64,000 nt of DNA from Octopus sinensis (lineage: Eukaryota). Positions 1-13,084 of the stretch are shown in pieces. Both the position numbers and the translations under genes were made by a program. The stretch covers positions 31,000,001 through 31,064,000 of the forward strand of contig NC_042999.1 in NCBI RefSeq assembly GCF_006345805.1. The letters are read 5' to 3'. The notes under the pieces were generated by a model, which worked only from the letters and a program-made list of their open reading frames with translations, had not been told where the DNA came from and ran no database searches. Position 1 is the stretch's first letter; every line of letters starts with the position of its first letter.

Positions 1-240
1 GAAAATTCTAATTGGGCCCCGCCAGCAAGATCATGTGCTGTTTATCTCGATATGAGATCACCATGTTGCGCACACATATGGTAGTGATGCATTTGCCTAG
101 TGTACTCTTATCAGACAGGTAGTCATAATATGTATACTGGGCTTTGTATATTTTACACCAGTGTCACTTTGATGGCATGCACTGCTCTCTCACTAAATAA
201 TAATAATAATAATAACAATAATGATGATGATGATGATAAT
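1..240 (+). mobile_element. 3' end of an interspersed retroposon with (AAT)n/(GAT)n tail
   Basis: Mixed-sequence body ending gtgtcactttgatggcatgcactgctctctcact directly followed by (AAT)n; resembles a common cephalopod repeat tail; truncated by window edge. Confidence 0.55.
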
Positions 241-2053
241 ATTATGATGATGTTTAACACACGTAAAATCCTACCAAATCTCTTGATGTCGTCCAGTATG
301 GAAATGTTTCTGTCAGCTTATCACATTCATTATATCAGTAACTAACTGATGGTCGTGCAACAAATTCTACTTTCCCTTTATATTAAAAAAAAACAAAAAG
401 GTATCACAATCCATATTTATTTCAAAATATCAAAACCCAATAATTCACTGGAGTTCATTCATTCAAATATTCTTCCCTACTTTACTTCTATGATAGATTG
501 ATATACGTATACATATACATTTTAACCCTTGTGGCTACGAATATCAAATTGTGCCATATACAAGCCATTTACGCTACTGTACTGAAATATTGAACTTCTG
601 CCTACCCTAAAGGAATGAAATATAAAGGAATGGAATATATAACATTTCATAGAAAAGGAGAAACAGAAAGGGAAGTTATGTATTTATACCTACATTTACT
701 TTTTTATTTTTATCTTGATGTTTATTTTCTATTTATTTATTTCTGATAGTTTTTGTGCGATTTTTATCTATGTTCTTCATAAGAATGTACTATATTCTTT
801 TTCCTAGTATCGTACGTAAACATACGGATATATATATATATATATATATATTCTGTGTCCTTGTAAGGGTGAGAATGAGTGTGTGTGCATGTGTGTGTGT
901 GTGTGATATAGTATATATACACATACACACACACATATAAGTATGTATGCCTCTGTACAACTTTATATAGAGTTATATGTATGCACACATATATATACAT
1001 ATGTATGTATTTATATATACACACATATATATGAATATATACATATATATATATAAATATATATATATATATGAGTATATATATACATATATATGAGTGT
1101 ATATATATATATATATGTATATATGTGTATATATATATTTATATATATATATATATATATATTGTATTATCAGCTATTTAGCTGATTCTTGTCAGCCCTG
1201 TTCTTTATTTAATTTTCAATAGTATTTCTGTTATTATATATTCTCTTTTCTTATTTATCCTTTGCTAGAGGACATATTTCATTTGTTGTCATTCACTTCT
1301 ATAGTACCTGAGGCACAATGTGTAACCTTAATAATAAGATTTTTATTATAAGGAAACTCATATCAATAACCAGTAGATTCAACCAAACACAATACAATCT
1401 ACCAAACTATGGTATTATTGAAATCTATAATTCTTTTTACTTATTTGTTTACACATTTATTGATTTATTTATTGATGGCTTTTTTTTTTCTTGTTGTGCT
1501 CTTGGTCAAGTTCTGGTCATGACTGATTGAACAAAACCTATGATTAAAGTTTTTCTAGCCATGACAATACTGTATTTCATTCAGAAGTATTTAGATGATA
1601 TTATACAATGGGTCTGTCTTTTATTTTCAGTACAACAGGGAATGATTTGGGGGACATTTAACTGCTTACTCTAGTATGTCACTTTCATACTTTTAGTTAA
1701 CTAAGTTTAGTCATGTGCATATGAATATAATAAATGTATATATATATATATATATATAGTATATATGTATATATGTATATATATTTATATATATATATAT
1801 ATGTATATGTATATATGTATATATATTTGTATATATGTATATATATTTATATATATATGTATATATATAGGTATATACATGTATGTATGTTTATATATAT
1901 ATGTATATATATATGTATGTACACCCATACATATTTTTCAGAGGGATAACATAATTCATAAGGTATGGTAATGCAGGATGCGCAATGTGACCAATGGTGT
2001 ATAACAACATCTGATAGTCTGGTCAATCTAGTGATGTATTGGTATATATATAT

Positions 2054-2086
<33 letters not shown>

Positions 2087-2229
2087 GTGTATGTGTGTGT
2101 TTGTGAGTGGTGTGGTGTGGTTTGGTATGTTGTGTGTGTGAAAAATTCTACCTTTTTTATAGCTTTCCTTTCAATGTATTATAAGTTATATTTTATTGCT
2201 GTTTTTGCTTTAAAAGTCATTGTTAATAA

Positions 2230-3580
2230 ATATCAAGTTATAAAGATCACAGGGAAAGTCATTGCACAATTGATTTATGACATGGTTTTGTTCCTGGAAG
2301 AGGTGCCACAAATGCATTCTTCATAGTGAGTCTACTACAGGAAAATACTTGGCTAACAGTAAATCACTATTTCTGGGGGCTTTTTTTGTTTCTTTTTGAA
2401 CTGGAGAAGGCATTTGGGGGTGTACCAGATACAGTTATCGTGTGGTCAATAAGGAAACTAAGCACTGGCAAAAGAGTTGTGGAAGTTGAGCAGAAAGATA
2501 CGGTGAGTAAACTGTGGGTCAAGAATGGCTTCAGTGAGGTATTTAGTATGAGAGTTGAAGTCAAGGGGTCAATTCTCAATCCCATCATATTCATGATGGT
2601 CCTACTGGACACAAAACAGTTTAAGAATGGATGTGCATTGGAACTGCTATATGGTGATAAACTAGTTCTTATAACTGAAGTTATAGAGGAATTAGACAAG
2701 AAATTCCAGGCAGGGAAGCTAAACTGTATTTAAAATTTTTTTTAGGCAAACTTAGCTAAGATGAAAGTCTTTTTTAATGGGAAGGAATACAGGACTTCAG
2801 CACGCTAATGGAATTGGCCTTGCTCAAAATGCATAAAAGATGTGAATATAAATTCCACATCCTTCACTTAATGTAAGCTATGTTCACATCAGAGATGTAG
2901 CAGAATCAGAGGCAGACAATCAGAAAATATAAGCTTCATGTGTAAAAGATACAATGGAACACAGTGTTCAATGAACACACCAGAAATGGAGCTCCTTGAA
3001 TGCCTTAGTGGTTCACTAGGAGCAGTTGATAGATTTTGCTAAGAGATGTCATCAGTAAATGTAGTGGGTGTTCAGCAAGCATAGTAGCCAGAGTAAGAAT
3101 GAGTTAGAGAAAGTCGAAGGAGTTGTTACTGCTGATGGTAATACAGGTCTTTTCCCACAAAGTGAAAAGCAATATGTATTAGGACTGCACTGCAGCCTGA
3201 CAGTGAGATGTGGGCCTTGAACAAAGAGGACATGAGAAGACTGGAAAGAAATGAAGCAAGTATGCTCTGTTTGCTGTGCATTGCAATTGAGCATAAATGA
3301 CATAGCATAAATGTACTGAGAGAAAAATTGGCCATAGGTAGAATTAGAAATAGTGTGCAAAAAAGAAGATTGCACTGGTACAGATATATGATGCATATAG
3401 ATCAGGAAAGCTCTATGAAGAAGTGTTGATCACAAAATGTGGCTGGAGCTTTTGAAGGAAGAAAATCCAGGAAGACATTGGATGGAGTAGTGAAGGCTGA
3501 ACTCAGGACCCTCAGCTTCACAGGTAAAGTCAAAGGAATAGGATATCTGGTGATATGAGGTTCTCATGACCACCCACTTA
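2230..3580 (+). mobile_element. Degenerate RTE-clade LINE fragment (RT domain to C-terminus)
   Basis: Translations LEKAFGGVP..WSIRKL, GSILNPIIF, ELLYGDKLVLI (YADD-equivalent), later SEMWALNKEDMRRLERNEASML and a GRPRKTW-like segment; many stops and frameshifts. Confidence 0.85.
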
Positions 3581-3804
3581 TTGCAGGTAAAGTGACTCCT
3601 GGGAGCATGGTGGGGGTATATATGGTGTGTGTGTATGTTTGTGTGCGTGTGTTTGTGTGTGTACATGTGTGTGTTTGTGTGTGTGTGTGTGTGTGTACGT
3701 ACAGCCTTATCTCTAGCAATGTAGGTGCTACCCTGCACTGTCAGTCCATAATTAGTGGCAATTAAATTTTTCCTTTTTGGTTTTACATTGTATCTAGTCA
3801 CCTT

Positions 3805-3842
<38 letters not shown>

Positions 3843-4279
3843 GCACACACAGAGGTGTATATGTGTCTTTATGTTATGTTTGTGTGTGTGTATATATATG
3901 AGCACCTCACATTGCCCTCCCCTTAAATATTCCCCACCATAGCTCTTCACCCCTCCATAATACCACTATTCTTTCTCACTACTCAGTCATCTCACTTTTC
4001 AGCCATTCTTCATCCAACCCATGGTGTATCTCGGACACTTCATCAACACCATCTATCTCTTTGCAGATACCACTAATTCATTCTCCCTCTCTTTCTCCTA
4101 AATGTAAATAGCTATGTAGCTCCTCTACAGCATGGACCTGCTCCCCCACAACCTCCCTTTTTATGATTTAACACCCATCTAACATATGAAAGCAGCATCC
4201 CCAACACCACCTTCTATCTATGTTTTGTAGACTTTTAAGCTACATGGTGACCTCAAGACTGATGGAACTGGTATTGGGT

Positions 4280-4516
4280 TAAGGCGGAAAGCTTGCAGAA
4301 TTGTTAGCTCGTCGGGGCGAAATGCTTAGCGGCATTTCGTCTGCTGCTACATTCTGAGTTCAAATTCTGCCGAAGTCAACTTTGCCTTTCATCCTTTCGG
4401 CATCGATAAATTAAGTACCAGTTACACACTGGGGTCGATGTAAATGACTTAATCCCTTTGTCTGTCCTTGTTTGTCCCCTCTACGTTTAGCCCCTTGTGG
4501 GCAATGAAGAAATAAA
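4280..4516 (+). mobile_element. tRNA-derived SINE, family S2
   Basis: Head aaggcggaaagcttgcagaattgttagc, B-box-like gagttcaaattc, central tttgcctttcatcctttcggcatcgataaattaagtaccag; further copies at 15255, 17124, 33271. Confidence 0.85.
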
Positions 4517-4974
4517 AATGAGTATCAGGCTTAGAAAAATAAAGTTCTTGGGTTGAATCATTCAACTAAAATTTTTCTATACAGTACTCCAGCATGGTCA
4601 CAATCTAATGATTGAGACAAGTAAAAGATAAATGATATATATATATATAAATACATATATATTTTTGTGTCTGGAGATGATCATTAAGCCAATAATAAAC
4701 ACACTCTCTGGTTCTGTTTCACTTCCATAATTTCATGTATTGAATGTTTAACCATTTAACTGATTAATTGATTGCTTCATTAATTCTTGGTCAATCAATC
4801 AGCTAGGCTAGTCAAACTCCTTTTGTCACCATTCCCAATCGCATCAATGGCATGCCCTCTGTACTCCAGATTCATTTCAGAAATATTTCAGACTTGATAA
4901 AAATCTGGAGTTGTGAGACTATGTCAATGATGAGGTTTCTCTCCTCTCTTTAAACCACAAAGTATAAAAAAAAA

Positions 4975-5230
4975 AAAATGGATCAAATGCCTTTCCCAAG
5001 CCATAGGCTCTTAAGGCCAGTTTCCTGAATTCTGTTGAATACATATTACAACCCTGGATGGGATGTTTGGCTGTTGCAGGATTATTTATTTTTGCTAGCT
5101 GAATGAACTGGAGCAAAGTGAAATGAAGTGTTTTACTCTAAGGCACACTGCATCACCCAGTCCTGGAACTAAAACTGTAATCTTACTATGATGAGTGCAA
5201 CGTTAACCATTAAGCCATGCACCTCCACCT
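4975..5230 (-). mobile_element. tRNA-derived SINE, family S4 (degraded)
   Basis: Reverse complement starts gtggaggtgcatggcttaatggtt and contains aaaacacttcatttcactttgctccag, as in the 32578 copy. Confidence 0.7.
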
Positions 5231-5253
5231 AAATAAATAATAACATACATTTC

Positions 5254-5391
5254 TGGCGTTAGGAAGGGCATCCAGCTGTAGAAACACTGCCAGATCAGAC
5301 CGGGCCTGGCGCAGCCTCCTGGCTTGCCAGACCCCAGTCGAACCGTCCAACCCATGCTAGCATGGAAAACGGACGTTAAACGATGATGATG
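5254..5391 (+). mobile_element. RTE 3'-end element with (GAT)n tail
   Basis: ggcgttaggaagggcatccagctgtagaaac...catgctagcatggaaaacggacgttaaacgatgatgat; same sequence terminates the RTE ORF fragment at 35787-36553. Confidence 0.85.
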
Positions 5392-5415
5392 CTATGCACT
5401 TTTGTTTTGTCATGC

Positions 5416-5677
5416 GAGAGTCATTATGCAAGTGGTAATAACACATATACTAGTTCAATACCACTTATTTATTGTTAATCAATTAGTCGAATTTCAAACC
5501 GACCAATATTGACTGTTTTGTTCAATGTGCTGGTTAAACAATCAATCAGTTGTTTGTTTAACCAGCACACTGAACAAGTGATTGATTTGTTAGTTGGTTA
5601 GATAGATAACTAATTGACTAGCGATAAAAAGTGGTATTGACCAATGTGTTAGATGCTATTAGCATAATGACTTTCTC
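5416..5677. mobile_element. Fold-back/MITE-like element with ~125 bp degenerate inverted arms
   Basis: gagagtcattatgc/gcataatgactttctc, caataccactt/aagtggtattg and tgttcaatgtgctggttaaacaa/ttgtttaaccagcacactgaaca are nested inverted matches. Confidence 0.7.
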
Positions 5678-5777
5678 AAGCCACAGTAAAATTTGTTTCA
5701 ACACACCAATTCACATGAAGAATCTTGCAAACCATATATAAAAACGAAGACACATCTACATACTAGAAATATAATGA

Positions 5778-5808
<31 letters not shown>

Positions 5809-6360
5809 GTGTGCGTGTGTGTGTGCGTGTGTGTGTGTGTGTGTGTGCACACATGTGCATGCTTGAATGGTAATGTTTTGTATATATCAATGTCTTTTAA
5901 TGAGACTATGGTATCAGTTAGCTTTCCACTGAATTGAAAAGACACAGGTTTCTCCTGAAGTGAGTAATTTTGAAACGTATCTTTGTATTAACTTCCATCA
6001 CTTCTAATGCTTATATGTGTCTATTTTCTCTAAATGTAATTCTAAAAATTTCCACCTCTTTATATGTCTCAAACCATTGTGCTTTGGCACAACTGAAGCA
6101 ATGAGAGATAAGAGTACGTGTATATATATATTAACAAACTCACTTTGTTCATTTTTGTCTGTCACCTACTGTTAGTGTTTCAGTTTTACTAGACCCTAAC
6201 TATCCAGTAAAATTTTCTGTTTTCTTTCTGTTTTACTGGCTGTTAATCTGCTTAACTATTCACTGTCTGTATTTATTTTCAATGTGAGATTTTAATAGAT
6301 TCTTTTGTGTTATATGCTTGACTTGTGTTCATGTCTATAGATATGTGTGTGTGTGTATAT

Positions 6361-6721
6361 AAAATACAAAATGGGACAATACGCAAAACATCCGGTTATT
6401 ATTATTATTTTTATAGTATTTTGTATTTATATTTGTTTAACATTGTCTGTTTTTCCGTCCTTGTTTTCATATACATTCGATGCTTTCTTCCAAGGAATCT
6501 AATGCTCTTGGCTTAGTTTTTTCTTGGGGCTGGCCAGATTGGAGCAATCTTAAGATTAATCAGATGAAATTGCGAGGATGATCTGGTTCTTGACTGAGGA
6601 TAGAAAGCTTCGAATGACCCATCCTTGTTTTTTTGTATCGTCTATCTGGATGTTTTGTTGTCCCTTTTTTGTATCACCAAGTAGCCCGGATATTTTGCGT
6701 TCTTGTCCCGTATTGTATTTT
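6361..6721. mobile_element. Interspersed element bounded by ~35 bp inverted repeats, set in TA/TG microsatellite
   Basis: 6361-6395 aaaatacaaaatgggacaatacgcaaaacatccgg versus 6686-6721 ccggatattttgcgttcttgtcccgtattgtatttt. Confidence 0.65.
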
Positions 6722-7049
6722 ATATATATATAGCAGTGTACCTTCACTTTGTTCTTTGATATATATATATATATATATATATTTATATTTATGTATATAT
6801 GATTAAATTTGAGAAGCATAAAGCATTGCACAAACCTTTTTCTTTTTCAAATGCAAGGTACTGACACAGGTTTGCACAAGCATCACCAGAAACTCCACTG
6901 CTACCCTTTCTCTCAAGTCTAAAACACTACAGAATATAGATCTCTTATACAGCAGGTACACCAAAGTAATAATTAATGGGAAAGCTTGGAAAATGGATTC
7001 CTTCAAATGTCCAGATAACTCACTAGAAATTGGTAATAGTTTTTCTTAC

Positions 7050-7560
7050 CTTGGTGAGTCAATTAGCTGTGGGATGTAGGTTCTGAAGGTTTGGTATTCA
7101 CAATAATAATGGGAGTTCTGGGCGTTATTACTTCTACTGGCAACACAAGTCCTCTCACTCAAAGTAAAGGTCAGGTTGCATGGTACCTGCATGTCAAGTG
7201 GACTGCTACATAGCAGCAAGAAATAAGCCTTAAATGAAGAATACATGTAAAGACTAGAAAGAAATGAAGCAAGCATGTTTCACAGGATATGCCATGTTGA
7301 GTGTGCATGAATGATGAGGTGTATAAGAACTTGGATATTATATTGGTATAAAGTATTTGATGTTAATGGAAGATGGAAACTCTATGAGAATGTGTCAGAA
7401 CAATGGAATGGTCTCTCTATGAGAATGGTCAGAACAATGGAAGCTGTGGTAGAGGAAGACCAATGAAGACTTGGAATGACTTTGGGGAAAATGATCTTAT
7501 GATACTACATCTGATGAATAAGCAGCCTCCTATGTAGGCTTGAGAAAATGCTAATTACAA
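7050..7560 (+). mobile_element. Degenerate RTE LINE C-terminal fragment
   Basis: Encodes LSLKVK, RLERNEASMF and GRPMKTW-like segments homologous to 3040-3580. Confidence 0.75.
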
Positions 7561-8999
7561 TAGCAGGTTAATATACACACCAATGCACCCCTTTTCCATA
7601 TTCTCATGCTTCCCTGCCATCTCTTCTACCTACTGTACCTATTCTATACCCTTTCGTCTTCCCTCGTGTATTTCTATTTATCCTATGCTACCCCTTTTAA
7701 TTAGGAAGAGAGCATTAGATCTGTGCATACTGATGAATCCCACACTCTCTCTATATATCTATCTTTTACCATACTCTTCTACTAACCATTCTAAATCCTG
7801 TTACATCCACCACTCATATCCTGCTATGCATTGTTCTACCTCACAAATCATGAGTTATTTTTGCAGTTGTCATTCACTCTTCCTCAATTTTCTGTCACCA
7901 ATTTCTTTTCTTTTCACCTTCTAGGATTCATTACTTGGAGAAAATGCTCTGGCAATTAACTGTCCTTTATTACTCTCTCCACTACCAAACACACACAACA
8001 ATAAATCCATGTTGCCATCAAACTATAACTTCTCACAATACCTCACTTAAAGTCTTCACTGTCTGCTATTCTTTCTGTGAGAGGTAGGAATTTGTTATCT
8101 TGTGAGTTACAAGATGATCTCATTAGTGATGGTGATATAAACTAAAACTGCCAGTAACTTCCTAAAGTAGTTGACATATGAAAGATAAACAACACAATGA
8201 TTGTGCGAACTTTTTAGTCTTGCCAGGTGTATGGTAACTCCTATAATGTTGGTGCTAGAAAACATGCATCCAATACTCTCTGTATATAGCTTGCCTTAGG
8301 AAGGGTAACCAGTCATAGAAACTGGTGAAAATGAGACACTGGAGCAAAAAGCAAAATGTGGTCCTTCAAACTGTCAAATCCATGTTGAAACTTCTAACCC
8401 ATTTGAACATGGAAAGCAGACATAAAATAATATTGAAAATGATGATGATGATGGTGATAGTGACACTGTGATGGTAATTGTGTGTGTATTTTTGTTTTTA
8501 GAATAGCCATATCATATTCTTGTATCATATAAAGCAACTGAAGAGATTTGGTGTCAAGAAAAGGTCACGAAATAGTGCCTGAAGATTCCTATCCAACCAA
8601 TACCAGCATGAGAAAGCAGGCGTAAATATGAAGTTGATGATGATGATAATATAGATTTATTCCGTTATGTGTCTGTATGTGTGTGAGTGTGTGGGTGAGT
8701 GTGTGTATGTGATTGTGTCTGCACTGTGATTGATTGAATGTCGTTAATAAACTGAGTTGAGATAGAATCATTATTTTCTATAATTAATTCACAGATTGCT
8801 TTTATTAGATTATTGGGTAGATCATGTGCATATGTTTGTATATGATTGCGTATGCACCTGGGTGTGTCTGTAGATATGTTTGCCTGCATGGCAGTGTATC
8901 TGTATGTATGTGTGAGCATGTCTACATCTATGAATACGTATGAATTTGTGTGAATATGTACATAACTGTGTGTCTATACAGGTGTTCATATACGTGTGT

Positions 9000-9045
<46 letters not shown>

Positions 9046-9595
9046 GTATGAAAGTATATTAGTGTACGTGAGTGTGCCTGTATGCATGTCTAAGCATGTA
9101 TGTATATCCGTCTCTGCATGTATGTGAATGGCTATGTCTCTATTTACATGCACCCACATACACACACAATCATAAGTTGCTTGTAGTAAGTCAGGTCACT
9201 TTGAATTGGTGATGACCTAACTGGATATGGAAGATGTAACCTAGTGAGCAATGAAACAGTTCATTGCTGGCTAATCAAGTGCCACATGACTAGTCTTGTT
9301 TGGTGAGGACAACCTATAAAAACAGAAAAGGACAAAGACTAGAACTGCCACATTGGATGAACTCTATATAGCATCAAAGTTCATCTATCAGTAACTGAAG
9401 AGGATATAGATATTCTTGATGGTGAATATGCATGCTTTAATAGCATGGAGGATGCATTAGTCTTTATCATAATATTTAAGTAAAACACACTGATGCAAAA
9501 TTTAAAGATTATTTAGTTCATGGCCAGCCAAACAATATTTGATCATCTCAGGGAAGCCGTTCTCTGTGTAATATTTATTTACTATAATCACTGTT

Positions 9596-10081
9596 GTGGA
9601 GGTGCAATGGTCCAGTGGTTAGGGCAGCGGACTCATGGTCATAGGATCGCGATTTCGATTCCCAGACCGGGCATTGTGAGTGTTTATTGAGCAAAAACAT
9701 CTAAAGCTCCACGACGCTCCAGCAGAGCGTGGAGTTGAACCCTAATGTACTCTTTCTCTCAATCTTTCTATCTGTTTCTGTTGTACCTGTATTTCAAATG
9801 GCCAGCCTTGTCACACTCTGTGTCACGCTGAATCTCCTAGAAAACTATGTTAAGAGTACACGTGTCTATGGAGTGCTCAGCCACTTGCACCTTAATAAAT
9901 GAGCTGCGACATCAATGGTGCCAAGCTGTATCACCCTTTGCCTTTCCCTTGGATAACATCAGTGGTGTGGAGAAGGGAGGCTGGTGAGCATGGGCAACTG
10001 CTGGTCTTCCACAGACAACTTTGCCAGACTTGTGCCTCAGAGGATAACTTTATAGGTTCAATCCCACATTCATTCCTGACT
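9596..10081 (+). mobile_element. tRNA-derived SINE, head S3 with tail T2
   Basis: A box tggtccagtgg and B box atttcgattcc in a tRNA-like head; tail ggtgccaagctgtatc...cccttggataacatc shared with the 50525 copy. Confidence 0.85.
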
Positions 10082-10350
10082 GTAGGTAGTCACAATATAA
10101 TCACCGTCATTCAAAAATTCACAGATGATATTTGAAAATTGTCAGCGTTGTTTAGAGAAGCATGCACATTTGCAATATTAAAACCACATCTGTGACCTCT
10201 TTCCTTGCGCTGGGATACAGTACATGTAAGTTAAGCAGCAAAAGTCATAGTTATAGTCACCTGTGTGATTGTGCTCTCCATTACTGCTGCTATTTAATAA
10301 TTGGTTATGCTTGGACACAGGCTGTCTTCCACTATATATATATGTATGTA

Positions 10351-10747
10351 TTACTGTTTTACTGTTTTACTTGTTTCAGTCATTTGACTGTGGCCATGCT
10401 GGAGCACCGCCTTTAGTCGAGCAAGTCGACCCCTGAACTTATTCTTTGTAAGCCTAGTACTTATTCTATCAGCCTCTTTTGCCAAACCACTAAATTATGG
10501 GGATGTAAACACACCAGCATCCGTTGTCAAGCAATGTTAAGAGGAACAAAAACAGACACACAAACACACACACACGCACACACATGTATATATACATTTT
10601 TACGACAGGCTTCTTTCAGTTTCCGTCTACCAAATCCACTCACAAGGCTTTGGTCGACTCGAGGCTATAATAGAAGACACTTTCCCGGGACTGAACCCGG
10701 AACCATGTGGTTGGTAAACAAGCTACTTACTACATAGCCACTCCTGT
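10351..10747 (-). mobile_element. tRNA-derived SINE, family S1 (internal microsatellite)
   Basis: Reverse complement of the 29915-30305 element; head caggagtggctatgtagtaagtagcttg, tail gactaaaggcggtgctccagcatggcc. Confidence 0.9.
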
Positions 10748-11370
10748 ATGTATACAAATATAAATGCAATGAAAACCAGGGTTATGCACATATTTATCAC
10801 AGCTAGGATATCATTGCATGCATAGAACTGTTTGGTTTGACTTCTGCACGTGTTCACACATACATGTTTGCTTGCATGTACACTCCTTACAGCCAAACTT
10901 TTGGAATATTTTACTTATTTAAAAAAAAATTTCCATTTATAGTTCATGTTTGTAATTTTTTAGTTCACCATACCCTTTCCGGGTTTATGAAAACCTGTTT
11001 CTCAACATTAGTGTTAAGTTAGTTACATATCCAAATGCCCCAGTAATTACAGGTTTAAAGCTAAAGTTTCTCATTAGTTCAGCCTAGATATTTTATTTTT
11101 CCCTTATCTTTAAGCATTATATTAATATCCACTATTGTACCCAATTGCTTTTCTTTGCCTAGGATCATTATAACTGGTCTGTGATATCCACATTTTACTG
11201 TAATTTTGGCAGGGGCATTTGTCTATACTATGATTGATAAGTAAAAATATCTTCTAATTAACTGTAAATTGATTTTTTATCTGCATGTCTATTCTTCCTA
11301 CAGACTCTCTTGAAATATGTTTTGATAATGACATCATGCTTCATAGATAGATAGATATGATAATGATATT

Positions 11371-12105
11371 TTAACCCTTTTGTTACCAACCTGGCTGAAA
11401 CCTGCTCTGGCTTCTGTAGTACAAAGGTCTTGTTTTCATAAGTTTTGAATTAAAAATCTTCCACCAAACTTTAGTCACAATTTATGTTCCTAACACTAGT
11501 TGAATGATAACTAAGTTATTTTACTAAGTTCTTTGTTATATTCAAAGTAATTGAAAGAAACACAGAGCATCTCAACAGAAATATGGTAAGAAAAGGGTTA
11601 AAATATATAATAGAGAAACAATTCTTAACCCTTTTCTTACCAGCCTACCTGAAACAGTCTTTCACTCCGTAGTACAAATGTCTTGTTTTCATAAGTTTTG
11701 AATTAAAATCTTCCACCAAACCTTAGTCACAATTTATGTTCCTAACACTAGCTGAATGATAACTAAGTTATTTTACTAAGTTCTTTGTTATATTCAAAGT
11801 AATTGAAAGAAACACAGAGCATCTCAACAGAAATATGGTAAGAAAAGGGTTAAAATATATAATAGAGAAACAATTCTTAACCCTTTTCTTACCAGCCTAC
11901 CTGAAACAGTCTTTCACTCCGTAGTACAAATGTCTTGTTTTCATAAGTTTTGAATTAAAATCTTCCACCAAACCTTAGTCACAATTTATGTTCCTAACAC
12001 TAGTTGAATGATAACTAAGTTATTTTACTAAGTTCTTTGTTATATTCAAAGTAATTGAAAGAAACACAGAGCATCTCAACAAAAATACAGTAATGAAAGG
12101 TTTAA
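11371..12105. mobile_element. Three tandem ~230 bp MITE copies with TTAA-CCC...GGG-TTAA ends (piggyBac-like non-autonomous)
   Basis: Copies 11371-11601, 11625-11853, 11877-12105; termini ttaacccttt...aaagggttaa (third copy ends aaaggtttaa); identical 23 bp spacers. Confidence 0.8.
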
Positions 12106-12634
12106 AGCAGCTAATTTTGATAGCTGTGTAAAAATTTTACAGAGTCTTCATCAGCTTTCATATCTAGAGACTTCACTGTAACCTTGTTTTTTATTTTTGG
12201 TGTGTCAGGTATTTCCGTTATTTCTACAGCTTAAATCAGTGAATAGAACTCAATCTTCTTCAATAAGCAGAGATATTAATTGTTGTGTTTGTGAATGAGA
12301 ATATTTGAGTGTGTAAGTATATGAATCTGTGTGAGTGTGTCTATATATGTGAATGTGTGTATATGCCTGTGTGTTAGTATGTGAATGCATGTGCCTATGA
12401 GTATTTATGTGAGGCTGTCCTGCCTTCTTCCTCTCAACCTATTTCTGTGTATATATAGTTGTGTATATACAAATCTATTTGATTGTGTGTGTGTGTGTAT
12501 GATATGCTGTCCAACCTTCTTCTCAATACCCATATCATCTCCACTCCCACTATCATGTACTAACCATTATATCCAATCCTTCTCCAGAACATCAGCCTTC
12601 CATAATTCCATCCACATTCATGTTTTTACTGCAG

Positions 12635-12757
12635 AGGTTGACTTGCAGCTATTAAAGAGCCGAGTTAATGACATCAACCTCACTGGACTTGGAGACGTTA
12701 CTATGGCTATAGGCACCGCCCTCTCTCTCCTGAATAAACCAACAAAAATATGCTTTG
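12635..12757 (+). CDS. Internal coding exon of an unidentified protein: (E)VDLQLLKSRVNDINLTGLGDVTMAIGTALSLLNKPTKICF(G)
   Basis: Acceptor tgtttttactgcag, donor G|gtaaat, 123 nt symmetric phase 1-1, open frame, more GC-rich and non-repetitive compared with flanking microsatellites; loose resemblance to a VWA-type helix pair is not diagnostic. Confidence 0.6.
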
Positions 12758-13050
12758 GTAAATAAAATCACATATGTGTGTGTGTGTGTGTGTGTGTATG
12801 TGTGCTTCTGGGTTGATTGCATGAGAGAGAGAGAAAGAGAGGCTCTGTGTGGGCGCATGTTATGTGCAAATGTGTGAGAGAATGATAGAGTGTGTATGTA
12901 GAAAAAATAGTATTAGTATGTGTATAAGAAAAACAATGTCCATGTATATCTAAGTGTGTATATATGGGTGTATTTGAGGGTGTATATGTGTGTGCATATG
13001 GCTGTGTGAGCTTGAGTGGATGCTTGACTGAGATTATGTATGTGTGTATG

Positions 13051-13084
<34 letters not shown>

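Noticed and set aside
6585-6630. CTGAGGA...GAAT hammerhead-like string
   Set aside because: GAAA is incomplete and no stem I pairing can be found
9390-9425. CTGAAGAGG-stem remnant
   Set aside because: GAAA and stem III are absent; at most a decayed motif
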